From Gammaproteobacteria bacterium (GTDB lineage Bacteria > Pseudomonadota > Gammaproteobacteria > JABABF01 > JAHRAO01): DNA of 64,000 nucleotides. The DNA is taken from the NCBI GenBank assembly GCA_020027215.1, contig JAHRAO010000038.1:30179-94178 (forward strand), in the 5' to 3' direction. The position numbers and the translations under genes were made by a program. The notes under the pieces were generated by a model. It had not been told where the DNA came from and made no database searches. It saw nothing but the letters and a program-made list of their open reading frames with translations. Shown one piece after another: positions 40,741 to 51,019 of this stretch (the first letter of the stretch is position 1; every line of letters starts with the position of its first letter).

Positions 40741-41199
40741 ATGGCAGTGGATATTAGAAAGATTAAGAAACTGATAGAACTGATTGAACAATCAAATATT
40801 GATGAAATAGAGATTCATGAAGGCGAAGAGTCGCTCCGTTTAAGTCGTCATAGAGTGCGCACCTCCGTAACGGAAGTAGCGGTTCCACCTACTCCACAGG
40901 TGACGCCACCGGTTCAGCCGTCTTTTACTGCGCCGGCAGAAGAAAAAGAAAGCACCCCAGCGACCAGTCATGCGGTGCGTTCACCTATGGTGGGAACTTT
41001 TTATCGCTCGTCTATGCCGACCGCACCGCCATTTGTTGAAGTGGGTCAAAAAGTGAAAATAGGAGATGTGCTCTGTATTATTGAGGCGATGAAAATGATG
41101 AATCAGATTGAAGCCGATAAAGCAGGCACTATAGAAGAAATATGCTTAGACAATGGGCAACCGGTGGAATATAATCAACCGCTTGTCATTATCAGTTAG
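40741..41199 (+). CDS. accB: Acetyl-CoA carboxylase biotin carboxyl carrier protein
   Basis: Pro/Ala-rich linker and the EAMKMMN biotinylation motif. Confidence 0.9.
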   Translation: MAVDIRKIKKLIELIEQSNIDEIEIHEGEESLRLSRHRVRTSVTEVAVPPTPQVTPPVQPSFTAPAEEKESTPATSHAVRSPMVGTFYRSSMPTAPPFVEVGQKVKIGDVLCIIEAMKMMNQIEADKAGTIEEICLDNGQPVEYNQPLVIIS

Positions 41200-41208
41200 T
41201 CGGCATTC

Positions 41209-42561
41209 ATGTTCAGTAAAATTGTCATTGCAAATCGTGGTGAAATTGCTTTGCGCATCTTGCGCGCCGCCCATGAATTAGGTATTAAAACTGTTGCCGT
41301 TTATTCGCAAGCGGATAGCGATCTTATGCCCGTGCGTCTTGCTGGAGAATCGGTGTGTATCGGCCCTGCATCACCCACCGAAAGCTACCTCAATTCCCCC
41401 GCTATTATCAGCGTTGCGGAAGTGACTGGCGCCGATGCCATCCATCCCGGATACGGATTTCTTTCTGAAAATGCTAACTTTGCTGAGCAAGTTGAACGGA
41501 GTGGGTTTACTTTCATCGGTCCACACGCCGATACGATTCGTTTGATGGGTGATAAGATTTCGGCAATTCAGGCCATGCGTAAAGCAGGAGTGCCCACCGT
41601 CCCCGGATCGTTGGGCACCTTGTCGGAAGATGAAGATGACAAAGTAAAATCCATTGCGCACGAGATCGGTTATCCGGTTATTCTTAAAGCAGCGGCCGGC
41701 GGCGGCGGACGCGGTATGCGCGTTGTTGCGGATGAAAAATCTTTGCGGAATGCCCTCTCCTTAACGCGCGGTGAGGCAAAAAATGCTTTTGGCAATGCAA
41801 CGATTTATATGGAAAAGTTTCTCGGCAACCCCCGCCATATTGAAGTGCAAGTCCTATGCGATACACATGGCAATGTCGTCCATCTCGGTGATAGAGATTG
41901 TTCAATGCAACGCCGTTATCAAAAAATATTGGAGGAAGCGCCTGCGTACGGCATTCCGTCTGCTCAACGCGATGCCATTGCTAAAGTATGTACCCAAGCT
42001 TGTCATGAAATTAACTACTGCGGCGCGGGAACCTTTGAGTTTCTTTATCAAGACGGCGAATTTTACTTTATTGAAATGAACACCCGCGTGCAGGTGGAAC
42101 ACCCCATTACCGAAATGATTACCGGTATTGATATTGTCGGTGAACAATTATTAATTGCGGGAGGTAATCCATTGCGTTTTTCACAGCAGGATATTCGTTT
42201 TAAGGGGCATTCTATTGAATGCCGTATTAATGCCGAAGATCCGGTAACCTTTATGCCGCACCCAGGGTTGGTGAATCGTTACCATCCTCCTGGCGGCATG
42301 GGTATACGGGTCGATTCACATTTATATAGTGGCTATCGTGTCCCGCCTTACTACGACTCACTTATTGCTAAGGTCATTAGCTATGGCGACGATCGCTCTA
42401 TGGCATTGGCACGGATGCGGCGAGCATTTGAAGAAACCGTCATAGATGGAATTCGCTGTAATATCCCATTACATACCAGTTTGTTGAATGACGAACAGTT
42501 TATTCAAGGTGGTAATAGTATCCATTATCTCGAAGATAAAATGATGGGATCTAAAAAATAA
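41209..42561 (+). CDS. accC: Acetyl-CoA carboxylase biotin carboxylase subunit
   Basis: ATP-grasp motifs throughout its 450 aa ([21 protein letters not shown]). Confidence 0.9.
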   Translation: MFSKIVIANRGEIALRILRAAHELGIKTVAVYSQADSDLMPVRLAGESVCIGPASPTESYLNSPAIISVAEVTGADAIHPGYGFLSENANFAEQVERSGFTFIGPHADTIRLMGDKISAIQAMRKAGVPTVPGSLGTLSEDEDDKVKSIAHEIGYPVILKAAAGGGGRGMRVVADEKSLRNALSLTRGEAKNAFGNATIYMEKFLGNPRHIEVQVLCDTHGNVVHLGDRDCSMQRRYQKILEEAPAYGIPSAQRDAIAKVCTQACHEINYCGAGTFEFLYQDGEFYFIEMNTRVQVEHPITEMITGIDIVGEQLLIAGGNPLRFSQQDIRFKGHSIECRINAEDPVTFMPHPGLVNRYHPPGGMGIRVDSHLYSGYRVPPYYDSLIAKVISYGDDRSMALARMRRAFEETVIDGIRCNIPLHTSLLNDEQFIQGGNSIHYLEDKMMGSKK

Positions 42562-42659
42562 TTAATTGCAGAGAAATTTACCTCATAGGATGGATTGCTT
42601 TTTTTATCGGTTTTCCTCTAAAAGCACATACAGAGGAGCACCATTCTATTGATTTAATC

Positions 42660-43802
42660 ATGCATGCGCCGGCGCCAGGCGATCTACCGCAGGCGCGGTG
42701 CGTGCCGACAATATGTGTTGCGCTAAAAAATATCATTGATGAAGCGACTCACAGCATAGATTTTGCTATGTATGGCATGCATCGGCAACCACAATTATTG
42801 AGTGCATTGCTTGGCGCACAAAGACGCGGTGTGCGAGTGCGCGGTATCGTTGATCGGCAGTTGAACGGCAAATATTATTATCGCGACACCCCTATGTGGA
42901 AGAGAGCTCTCCACAATGTCCGTGATGATTATCAAACGGATCAGCGGCAAGATAAAAGGTTCAAGACAAAACCCCGTTGGCAACGCCCGCCATTCAAATT
43001 TAATGGTAATTTAATGCATAATAAATTTTTTGTCGTGGATCGGCGATGGGTATGGACCGGCTCAGCGAATGTGAGCCCAACAGGCGTGGGTGGCTATAAC
43101 ACGAATATCGTTGCCCTCATTGATGCTCCCCCTCTTGCCCAGCAATATACCAATGAATTCGAACAGATGTATATCGCTGACCGCTACCATGGTGAAAAAC
43201 GCCAACTTCCCAATCCGCCTGTGTGGACGGATCATGGCACGATAAAAGTGTATTTTTCCCCACAAACGCGACCGGCGCAATCTGCAGTGATACCCATACT
43301 CCGCAATGCACAGGAGGGAATTGACATTATGATGTTTTTTTTGACGCATAAGAAGATTGCTCGTGTTTTAGCGCACAAACAGCGTGCGAAAGTTCCAGTG
43401 CGCGTGATTTTAGATGCGGTCGGTGCGGCAAATTCCTATAGCCAACATCATTATCTTCGTCAACAGGGCGTGAAAGTAAAAGTGGAAAATTGGGGTGGAA
43501 AAATGCATGCAAAAAGTGCGATCATTGATGGGGACACCCTTATTGTGGGCTCTATGAATTGGAGTCGCTCGGGAAGTGATTACAACGATGAAAATACATT
43601 GGTTATTCATCGTGCCCCAACTTTAGCTCGGCAAGCACGGCATTTTTTTAATCGCTTGTGGAAATCCATCCCCCAAGGCTCAGAAGATATTTCTGCCGAA
43701 GCCTTTGCGTCGGGTACGGCTTGTTCTGATAATATAGATAATGATTTTGATCGTCAAATAGACGACGATGATGAAGACTGTGCCGCACCAATTTTTGAAT
43801 GA
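42660..43802 (+). CDS. Phospholipase D superfamily protein with two HKD motifs
   Basis: HNKFFVVD....GSAN and HAKSAIIDG....GSMNWS are the two HxKx4D motifs. Acidic C-terminal tail DNDFDRQIDDDDEDCAAPIFE. No signal peptide if the ATG at 42660 is the start. Confidence 0.7.
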   Translation: MHAPAPGDLPQARCVPTICVALKNIIDEATHSIDFAMYGMHRQPQLLSALLGAQRRGVRVRGIVDRQLNGKYYYRDTPMWKRALHNVRDDYQTDQRQDKRFKTKPRWQRPPFKFNGNLMHNKFFVVDRRWVWTGSANVSPTGVGGYNTNIVALIDAPPLAQQYTNEFEQMYIADRYHGEKRQLPNPPVWTDHGTIKVYFSPQTRPAQSAVIPILRNAQEGIDIMMFFLTHKKIARVLAHKQRAKVPVRVILDAVGAANSYSQHHYLRQQGVKVKVENWGGKMHAKSAIIDGDTLIVGSMNWSRSGSDYNDENTLVIHRAPTLARQARHFFNRLWKSIPQGSEDISAEAFASGTACSDNIDNDFDRQIDDDDEDCAAPIFE

Positions 43803-43847
43803 GCATCGATCACTCCGTTTGATATAATAAAAAAATGGATACGATAT

Positions 43848-44888
43848 TTGCGAATTGTGCATAGAGTGATTTCACCTTCTTTTGCTGAAGTTCCCATTGT
43901 CATTACTCCATCAATTGCCGGCACTATCGGTTTAGAAGAATCTGTATTGCTCTCATTTCTGACTCACTGGGGACACTATCACCCCGATCAGCGTTGGACT
44001 ATTGAACAGACGGAATTGACGCACTACCTTCCTTTTTGGGACCTGTTAGATTTGCAACGCATTATTCGCAGTGCCGAAAGCAAAGGTGTCCTTGCGGTTT
44101 ATTCGCCACCACTGAGCGAAAGTAAGCGACTTGAGTTTTCTTTACAACCACAAGTGACCGTTCCTGACGTCAAGAAATCTCCAACGCGTACGCCGGGAAA
44201 AACAACTATTGCAGAAAATTGGCGTCCCAGTGAGCGCGCCGTGGAATACTTAACAGCAATGTATAGGATTCCCTCTCAGTTCATTGTGGACAACATATCG
44301 CCATTCGTTATTTATTGGCGCGATAGAGCGGACAAAAGAGATGCATGGGATAGCGTCTTTATCGAACGTATTATTACGTGCTGGGAAGCACAAAACACAA
44401 ATGCATTACCGAAGAAACCCCGACCCATGACGCGTACATGGTTACCCGATAAAGATACGCTGAGTACTTTGCACGCGCGAAATATTCCAAAAGAATTTAT
44501 TGAAGATGCGATCAATGAATTCAGAATCTATTGGGTGGAAAGAGGCGAGGCGCATCAAACATGGAATGCAAAGTTCATTTACCATGTCGGCAGACAGTGG
44601 AATTATTATTCTGGTCTTGATAAACATAAACCCCATCCATTACCCACAAATTGGCAACCGAACGAAGATGTATATCGGGTATTACAGTTGGCTTACATAG
44701 AAAAACAATTTGCGGTGCAGTGCCTACCACAATTTAAGTTATATTGGAGCGAAAATAAAAGTGCTAAAATGTCGTGGAGTACAATTTTTTTACAATATGT
44801 AAAGAGTGAGTGGATGCGGACGAAAAATGCCACCGCAAGAGACAAAAAAACATCCTTTGAAGAACTCAGTGACCGCCATTGGGGATAA
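43848..44888 (+). CDS. DnaT-like protein with three tandem DnaT C-terminal (ssDNA-binding) repeats
   Basis: Three repeats of about 60 aa, roughly aa 129-190, 205-262 and 272-330. Each carries W-x-P...F..YW......W..F, as in E. coli DnaT residues 90-150 (YPDWQPDADF...[21 protein letters not shown]). Assignment rests on motif recall, not a search. Confidence 0.5.
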   Translation: MRIVHRVISPSFAEVPIVITPSIAGTIGLEESVLLSFLTHWGHYHPDQRWTIEQTELTHYLPFWDLLDLQRIIRSAESKGVLAVYSPPLSESKRLEFSLQPQVTVPDVKKSPTRTPGKTTIAENWRPSERAVEYLTAMYRIPSQFIVDNISPFVIYWRDRADKRDAWDSVFIERIITCWEAQNTNALPKKPRPMTRTWLPDKDTLSTLHARNIPKEFIEDAINEFRIYWVERGEAHQTWNAKFIYHVGRQWNYYSGLDKHKPHPLPTNWQPNEDVYRVLQLAYIEKQFAVQCLPQFKLYWSENKSAKMSWSTIFLQYVKSEWMRTKNATARDKKTSFEELSDRHWG

Positions 44889-45315
44889 ACAACCCAGTTT
44901 TGATCAGGCAGGCGATGATATTACGGCGATCAATGAACTTTTTATGGCGTTTAAGGTGGGCTACCCCATGCAGTATCACAAATGCTTTCCCGATGATGCA
45001 ACTCTCACACTGGCAAAACAATTTTGGCGGCAGTCGTTAAGCGAGTTTGCCCCACAACACATTCACACCGCTATTATAGATATGGGGCATAAATGCGAAT
45101 ATCTACCGACTATCCACCAATTCTATCAATTGTGTTGTGCCCAACGTGCATCTGTAGTCAGTGATTTACGTTGCGCCGATCCTGCGTTCGCCCTTGAAGA
45201 AGTGCGCTTACCGCTTGCCGAACAACAAGCACAATTGCGTAAACTCAAAGACACGCTTGCCGCGCACAAAAAATCCCACGCTATCCCTCGGGAAAAAGTG
45301 CGTGCTGAAAAGTAA
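44827..45315 (+). CDS. Lambda replication protein P-like (putative helicase-loader-like protein)
   Basis: FKVGYPMQYHKCFPDDATLTLAKQFWRQ...LPTIHQFYQLCCAQRAS resembles lambda P (FP....R.QW..AF....LPSPGQFVAWCRE). It overlaps the 3' end of the DnaT-like gene, echoing the dnaT-dnaC pairing. Confidence 0.4.
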   Translation: MPPQETKKHPLKNSVTAIGDKQPSFDQAGDDITAINELFMAFKVGYPMQYHKCFPDDATLTLAKQFWRQSLSEFAPQHIHTAIIDMGHKCEYLPTIHQFYQLCCAQRASVVSDLRCADPAFALEEVRLPLAEQQAQLRKLKDTLAAHKKSHAIPREKVRAEK

Positions 45316-45709
45316 AGGTATCGTTTAGTTTTCCATTGATCCGCACTGTCAGGCGAAAATATATTTTTTCGCGGGGTGTGAAATTAAATTCAGATAAATA
45401 GTAAATAGCATTTCCTGCGCGTATTTCTCGAAATTTTAGGGGATGGCGATGAATGAGATCCGAGTGAGTCCCTTCAATATGCGCTGCTAAAGCGCGATCC
45501 GTTGCTCGGTGGCGGAATGCAATATTGAGTAAAGCATTGCGCCCCCCGCGTGTAATTTTATATTGTTTTGCCACGGATGGTGGGAGATCAATGGATGCCA
45601 AAACACTATAATGTATGTCAATTTCACCCACCGAACGCGTCTTGGCTAATAAGTGTGCCGACAACAGTGAGGCGCATATTATTGTTGCGACGGCACATAT
45701 TTTCATCAT
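45281..45709 (-). CDS. DUF4426-like periplasmic protein
   Basis: Signal peptide. 142 aa. Located directly downstream of metW, as DUF4426 genes are in Pseudomonas. Confidence 0.5.
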   Translation of the reverse strand: MMKICAVATIICASLLSAHLLAKTRSVGEIDIHYSVLASIDLPPSVAKQYKITRGGRNALLNIAFRHRATDRALAAHIEGTHSDLIHRHPLKFREIRAGNAIYYLSEFNFTPREKIYFRLTVRINGKLNDTFTFQHALFPEG

Positions 45710-46353
45710 TGTGTAGTTCCACCCTGTTGCGTTAGGCGGTAAATTGCCGATGCCCCAAATACATTCGGATACATTCGGGCAAGCCCTCCCAATTTATTTT
45801 CACTGACAATAATTTTGTCCACAATGCGAATATCGAGTTGCGCACATAGTTCTTCAAAGTCGCGAATAGTGCATAAATGAATATTTTCTGTATCGTACCA
45901 TGGATATGGAAGGTATTTAGATTTTGGCATTTGTCCTCGCCAAAATAGATGGAAACGGTTACGCCAATAACCCATATTGGGGAATGTCACGATACCTTGC
46001 TTGCCGATACGTAGCATCTCACACAAGGCACGATCAGGGCAGTACACCGTTTGTAAAGTGTAAGTCATCACGACTGTATCAAAACTCTGGGTCGCAAAAT
46101 TGGATAACCCCTGATTGATGTCCTGCATGGTTACGCACAATCCTTTGTTGAGGCACATACAGAGATTATCCATATTAATATCAACACCAAATGCTTTAAT
46201 ATTATGTTTTTTCTGCAATTCGATTAATAAGGTTCCGTCACCACAACCTAAATCTAATAATCGGTCGTGTTGACCAATCCATTGTTGAATCAAACTTAAA
46301 TCTAAGCGCATGCCATTACTCTGTGCTCTAGTTGTCATTTTATCGGCATTCAT
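45706..46353 (-). CDS. metW: Methionine biosynthesis protein MetW
   Basis: SAM-methyltransferase-like fold (LDLGCGDG) immediately downstream of metX, overlapping it. Confidence 0.8.
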   Translation of the reverse strand: MNADKMTTRAQSNGMRLDLSLIQQWIGQHDRLLDLGCGDGTLLIELQKKHNIKAFGVDINMDNLCMCLNKGLCVTMQDINQGLSNFATQSFDTVVMTYTLQTVYCPDRALCEMLRIGKQGIVTFPNMGYWRNRFHLFWRGQMPKSKYLPYPWYDTENIHLCTIRDFEELCAQLDIRIVDKIIVSENKLGGLARMYPNVFGASAIYRLTQQGGTTQ

Positions 46354-47509
46354 CGGTGACGCGGAGCATATAAGCAGAAAAAACCTGCATAAAATCTGGG
46401 ATGGGCAGTAAGAAAGTATCGTGTCCTTGTCTGGCGTGAATATTGATATAACTGACTGGTCGCTGGGCGTTGATCAGGGCAGTCACCATTTCTTGTGACC
46501 GTTCGGGAGCAAATCGCCAATCGCTGGTAAAAGAAACCACGAAAAATTCAGCACGTGTGTGTGCAAAAGCAGCTATGGCGTCATTATTAAAATCACGTGA
46601 AAAATCAAAATAATCTAATGCTTGCATCATGAGTAAGTAGGTATTGGCATCAAAATGAGATGAAAACGCCGCCGCTTGATGTTTGAGATAGCTTTCTACT
46701 TGAAACTCCACCGCTTTTTTAATCCCTAAAGCAAAGCTCCCTGTGCGCAATTCTCTCCCAAATTTATCGCCCATTAGGTCATCGGACAAATAGGTGAGGT
46801 GGCCGAGCATACGGGCGATAGATAATCCATGGCGTGGAAATTGGTTGTGCTGTAAATAATGTCCTTGGTAAAAGTGAGGATCGGTCGTAATGGCATGGCG
46901 AGCAATCATATTGAAAGCAAGGTTTTGTGCCGATAGCCGCATAGCCGAGGCAATGACAATGGCGTGGCGGAGGGCGTCCGGATATTGTAGCGCCCAACGC
47001 ATTGCCTGCATACCCCCTAAACTCCCTCCAATGACCGCAGCCCATTGCTCAATGTGCAGAAACTCCATTAATCTTTTTTGTGCGCTGACCCAATCACGCA
47101 CGCGCAGGCTCGGAAAATGGCTCCCCCAATATTGACCCGTCTCGGGATTGATATTAGCCGGACCAGTGCTACCACTACAGCCACCTATATTATTAGCGCA
47201 GACAATGAAAAAATGATTTGTATCAATGACTTTACCCGGTCCGATATAAGTATCCCACCAACCAGGGCGGTTATCATCAATATGATAACCGGCAGCGTGA
47301 TGGTTACCGCTGAGCGCGTGACAAATTAAAATACCATTACTCCGGTCAGCGTTGAGTGTTCCATATGTCTCATAAACCAGATCAAATTCGGTGAGCACTT
47401 CACCGCAGGCTAAAGTCAATGGCTCATCAAAGTGCTGTTTGATGGGTTGGATGATATCCAATGATTTGGGTGGAGAGTCGTGTGTATTGGACATAGAATT
47501 ATCGCGCAT
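46340..47509 (-). CDS. metX: Homoserine O-acyltransferase MetX
   Basis: Alpha/beta hydrolase with a GGSLGGMQA nucleophile elbow. 389 aa, typical of MetX. Confidence 0.85.
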   Translation of the reverse strand: MRDNSMSNTHDSPPKSLDIIQPIKQHFDEPLTLACGEVLTEFDLVYETYGTLNADRSNGILICHALSGNHHAAGYHIDDNRPGWWDTYIGPGKVIDTNHFFIVCANNIGGCSGSTGPANINPETGQYWGSHFPSLRVRDWVSAQKRLMEFLHIEQWAAVIGGSLGGMQAMRWALQYPDALRHAIVIASAMRLSAQNLAFNMIARHAITTDPHFYQGHYLQHNQFPRHGLSIARMLGHLTYLSDDLMGDKFGRELRTGSFALGIKKAVEFQVESYLKHQAAAFSSHFDANTYLLMMQALDYFDFSRDFNNDAIAAFAHTRAEFFVVSFTSDWRFAPERSQEMVTALINAQRPVSYINIHARQGHDTFLLPIPDFMQVFSAYMLRVTDECR

Positions 47510-48098
47510 TATAGCGATACAAATGCATACTCGCTATGCCAGAATGGCTATGGCGATGGAGTTGCCAATTTTCTGGCAAGACGAGATTGCGCTTGATGGG
47601 CATACCGATGCAACACCATGCTTCTGGGGTTAATTTTTGATGGCGGTGTAATAATTGACAACACTCGGTGATAAAATGTTGTTGGGTATATGGGGGATCA
47701 ATAAATACGACATTAAATTGGTCTGATATGGTAGGTTGACTCAGCCATTGTAAAGCACAGGTGTGTACAATACGGGCATGTGATGAAGAGATCCCAATTT
47801 GAGTGAGGTTGTTTTTTAATTGGCGCACACCCTGTATCTCTTTTTCAATAAAAACAGTGATTTGAGCACCGCGTGATAAAGCCTCAATCCCTAAAGCGCC
47901 GCTCCCTGCAAATAGATCTAAACAATGCGCGTCGGTGATAGAACTATGTAACCAGTTGAAGAGCGTTTCACGGAGGTAATCTGGGGTTGGACGCAGTTGA
48001 GGGAATGGTGTCAAATGTAATCGTCGCCGGCGGAGATGGCCACCGATAATTCGTATTGTGCTTCGCCCAGCAGGTGGGTGAGGATGTATTTTATTCAT
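47499..48098 (-). CDS. rsmD: 16S rRNA (guanine966-N2)-methyltransferase RsmD
   Basis: DLFAGSGALGIEALSRGA and FIDPPY motifs. Overlaps the metX start. Confidence 0.8.
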   Translation of the reverse strand: MNKIHPHPPAGRSTIRIIGGHLRRRRLHLTPFPQLRPTPDYLRETLFNWLHSSITDAHCLDLFAGSGALGIEALSRGAQITVFIEKEIQGVRQLKNNLTQIGISSSHARIVHTCALQWLSQPTISDQFNVVFIDPPYTQQHFITECCQLLHRHQKLTPEAWCCIGMPIKRNLVLPENWQLHRHSHSGIASMHLYRYNAR

Positions 48099-48282
48099 AG
48101 TCGTATATTTTAATGGAGAATAGCGTCATTCTGTGGCGCACACTTATGTAATGGATATCATACATGTGCGTTTACCATTGCCCACTCAATAATCGTGGAA
48201 AATATGGAAAAGACATAATATGCTAGAGTGATTTATATAATGTTATAAAATAATGCCAGTTTAGTAAATAAACAATACATTC

Positions 48283-50355
48283 ATGACAGTAAAGATCCTT
48301 CTTTTTCGTTCCATGTACTGGATACCCGCGCTATACATTGTATTATCGGCGTGCCAGGTATCGCCGCTCCCAGAAGCGCCGAGCGCAGAATTGCCGAGCG
48401 CAGAAGCGCCGCGCCCAGCATCATCGAGTACAGAAATTTCCAATAGAGTCGTAAGCCCCTCCCCCTCGTCGGCGATACACAATCATATGACTTACTTGCC
48501 CTATTTGCGCGCATTACGCGATGCAGTTGATGGGGGGAATATGCCGCTTTTTCGCGAATATTACGATGCGCTCTCTTTATTAACCGAAGAACATAATGGA
48601 ACGTTTGACGATGTATTGGCTTTGCAATTTAATGCCAAAGAACGTCAGCAAATAGTGCGTTTGTATGCGGCAAAAGAAGTGGAGCAAGAGAGCGCTCAGC
48701 GCGATAGTATTGGCGCCAATATACTTAAAGAGTATGAACCACTGGCCATAGACATCCTGCAAACATCACCTTATTACGATATTATCCGTAATGACGATTG
48801 GCTGGTGAGCGAATTGAAGGTGTTATTAATTGAGTTTGGTGAAAATCGGGATATCCGTATTCCCAATGATTTTCGCGACCGTGTGCGTCACTATATTTAT
48901 AGATATGTCAGTCCTGGTCAATTACGCAGATGGTATCAACATGCTATCTTGCGTCAGAGTAAGTATCGCCCACTCATTGAAAAAATCTTGAAAAAATATC
49001 AATTACCATCGGTGGTGTTGTACTTGGCTTTGGTAGAAAGTGGATTTGACCCTTATGCGCGTTCGTCTGCTGGAGCGGTTGGTTTATGGCAATTTATTCC
49101 TTCAACAGGCAAGCATTATGGACTGAATATTGGTCGCCCTTACGACGAACGCACCGACCCAGAGAAATCAACATCGGCTGCGGCGGAGTATCTACAGGAT
49201 TTAATTTTAGAATTTGGCAGCGGCCATTCCACTTTATTAGCGATGGCAGCCTATAACGCAGGAGAAGGGCGAATTCGTACACAGTTGAGGAAATTGGAGC
49301 ACTATAAAGACCGAAGTTTTTGGGGGTTGGCGAGAATAGGTCTGCTCCCGAAAGAAACTCAAGAATATATTCCCCGCATTATGGCGGCGGCAATTGTCGG
49401 TAAGTCCATGGATATGTTTGACATAAAATTAGGCACACAATTGGCGGCGACTAAAAATATTATGTTGTATCGTTCGGTCCCCCTTGCCGACATTATTAAA
49501 AAAGGGGATATGGACTATAGCACTTTGTATCAATTAAATCCGGAGCTATCTTCGCAGCATAAAACAACCCCCGGCAATGCAATTTTTATGTTGACTATGC
49601 CCCAAGCGTCTGCAGAAAAATTAGAACAATCCGACATTATTCAACAGGCAATGCATTCACAGCATCGCTATAACGAACCGCGCGAAAATGTCTTAGTTTA
49701 TACCGTGCAACGCGGTAATCGCTGGCGACAAATCAGCTCGTGGAGTGGCGTGTCGGTTAAAAAAATCAAAGCGGATAATAGAAAAATACACGGTAAGGGT
49801 TTGCGGTATGATCGTCCCTTATATTTATACGGAGTGCGCCCAGGATTACACCATTACCAACACCATGTGCGTAAAGGCGATACACTTTCGGAGATAGCGG
49901 AATTGTATCGCACGCGTTTATCGTGGTTGCGTAGTTGGAATGGCTTGCGCGATAGCCGCATTATTTTAGGGAGTGTTCTGCATATTTATGTCAATGAAGC
50001 AAAAATACGGCGCGTACAGATGACCGAAAGTGCACAAATTTATCGCGCACAAGGAACTATAGAATACAAGATCAAATCAGGAGATAATATTTGGAGCATT
50101 GCGCGCGCTTTTGGGCACACCGCACAGTCTTTGAAAAAAATAAATAACTTAAAATCTGACACCATTCAAGCTGGGCAGAAATTATTTGTTAATCTCAATG
50201 GATTGAAAAAACGGGTTATTCGGGTGCGCGCAGGGGACACCTTAAGCGAAATTGCCCTCAAGTATCGTGTCAGTTTGCGAGAACTGAAAATTGCCAATCA
50301 TTTGCGTTTTGATAATATTCGTATTGGCGAAACTTTAGTTTTGTATACACGGTAA
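48283..50355 (+). CDS. mltD: Membrane-bound lytic murein transglycosylase D with four C-terminal LysM domains
   Basis: Lipoprotein signal ...LSAC. SLT catalytic region (ESGFDPYARSSAGAVGLWQF). Four LysM repeats (GD.LS/W.IA...). Confidence 0.8.
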   Translation: MTVKILLFRSMYWIPALYIVLSACQVSPLPEAPSAELPSAEAPRPASSSTEISNRVVSPSPSSAIHNHMTYLPYLRALRDAVDGGNMPLFREYYDALSLLTEEHNGTFDDVLALQFNAKERQQIVRLYAAKEVEQESAQRDSIGANILKEYEPLAIDILQTSPYYDIIRNDDWLVSELKVLLIEFGENRDIRIPNDFRDRVRHYIYRYVSPGQLRRWYQHAILRQSKYRPLIEKILKKYQLPSVVLYLALVESGFDPYARSSAGAVGLWQFIPSTGKHYGLNIGRPYDERTDPEKSTSAAAEYLQDLILEFGSGHSTLLAMAAYNAGEGRIRTQLRKLEHYKDRSFWGLARIGLLPKETQEYIPRIMAAAIVGKSMDMFDIKLGTQLAATKNIMLYRSVPLADIIKKGDMDYSTLYQLNPELSSQHKTTPGNAIFMLTMPQASAEKLEQSDIIQQAMHSQHRYNEPRENVLVYTVQRGNRWRQISSWSGVSVKKIKADNRKIHGKGLRYDRPLYLYGVRPGLHHYQHHVRKGDTLSEIAELYRTRLSWLRSWNGLRDSRIILGSVLHIYVNEAKIRRVQMTESAQIYRAQGTIEYKIKSGDNIWSIARAFGHTAQSLKKINNLKSDTIQAGQKLFVNLNGLKKRVIRVRAGDTLSEIALKYRVSLRELKIANHLRFDNIRIGETLVLYTR

Positions 50356-50362
50356 TAAACCG

Positions 50363-50926
50363 ATGCAAGGGCAGCGAGTGTTTTCACCATCATCGGCAAC
50401 CATCACTCCGACTAGGCATTACGCTGTATTTGCTATGGGATGTTTTTGGAGGAGTGAACAGTGTTTTTATGACTATCCAGGAGTCACCTTTACCGCGGTG
50501 GGATACACAGATGGACATACTTCTGCCCCAACTTATCAACAAGTATGTAGTGGCAGTACTGGACATGCCGAAGCGGTATTATTAGCTTATAACCCGCGTT
50601 TGATCAATTACTGGAAATTGTTGCAGGTTTTTTGGGAAGCGCATAACCCGACTCAGGGGATGCGCCAAGGTAACGACATCGGCAGTCAGTATCGCTCGGC
50701 GATATTTTTTTATGATGTCCAGCAGCGCCATCAAGCGCAAGAATCGCTTCCGCATTATCAAAAACGGCTGACTCAAAATGGCTACGGCACAATTACGACC
50801 ACTATTCAAGAGGCATCTGATTTTTATTATGCAGAGGAATATCATCAGCAATACTGGCGTAAAAATCCCCAGGACTATTGCCCCCGTAATGTTTTAGGAG
50901 TATCTTTTAGGATGTCTGAGAATTAA
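50363..50926 (+). CDS. msrA: Peptide methionine sulfoxide reductase MsrA
   Basis: AVFAMGCFW active-site motif and EYHQQY. Confidence 0.8.
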   Translation: MQGQRVFSPSSATITPTRHYAVFAMGCFWRSEQCFYDYPGVTFTAVGYTDGHTSAPTYQQVCSGSTGHAEAVLLAYNPRLINYWKLLQVFWEAHNPTQGMRQGNDIGSQYRSAIFFYDVQQRHQAQESLPHYQKRLTQNGYGTITTTIQEASDFYYAEEYHQQYWRKNPQDYCPRNVLGVSFRMSEN

Positions 50927-50941
50927 TGGCGATGATGCTAT

Positions 50942-51017
50942 GCCGGAATAGCTCAGATGGTAGAGCAGTTCACTCGTAATGAAAAGGTCGGAGGTTCGAC
51001 TCCTCTTTCCGGCACCA
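50942..51017 (+). tRNA. tRNA-Thr (anticodon CGU)
   Basis: GCCGGAATAGCTCAGATGGTAGAGCA...anticodon loop CTCGTAA...GGTTCGACTCC...TTCCGGCACCA. Cloverleaf is consistent; 3' CCA is encoded. Confidence 0.8.
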
Positions 51018-51019
51018 TA

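Noticed and set aside
50957-51019. ORF-table start of the WecA-like gene inside tRNA-Thr (MVEQFTRNEKVGGSTPLSGTI...).
   Set aside because: The first 21 codons are simply the tRNA-Thr sequence translated. The real start is the ATG at 51020.
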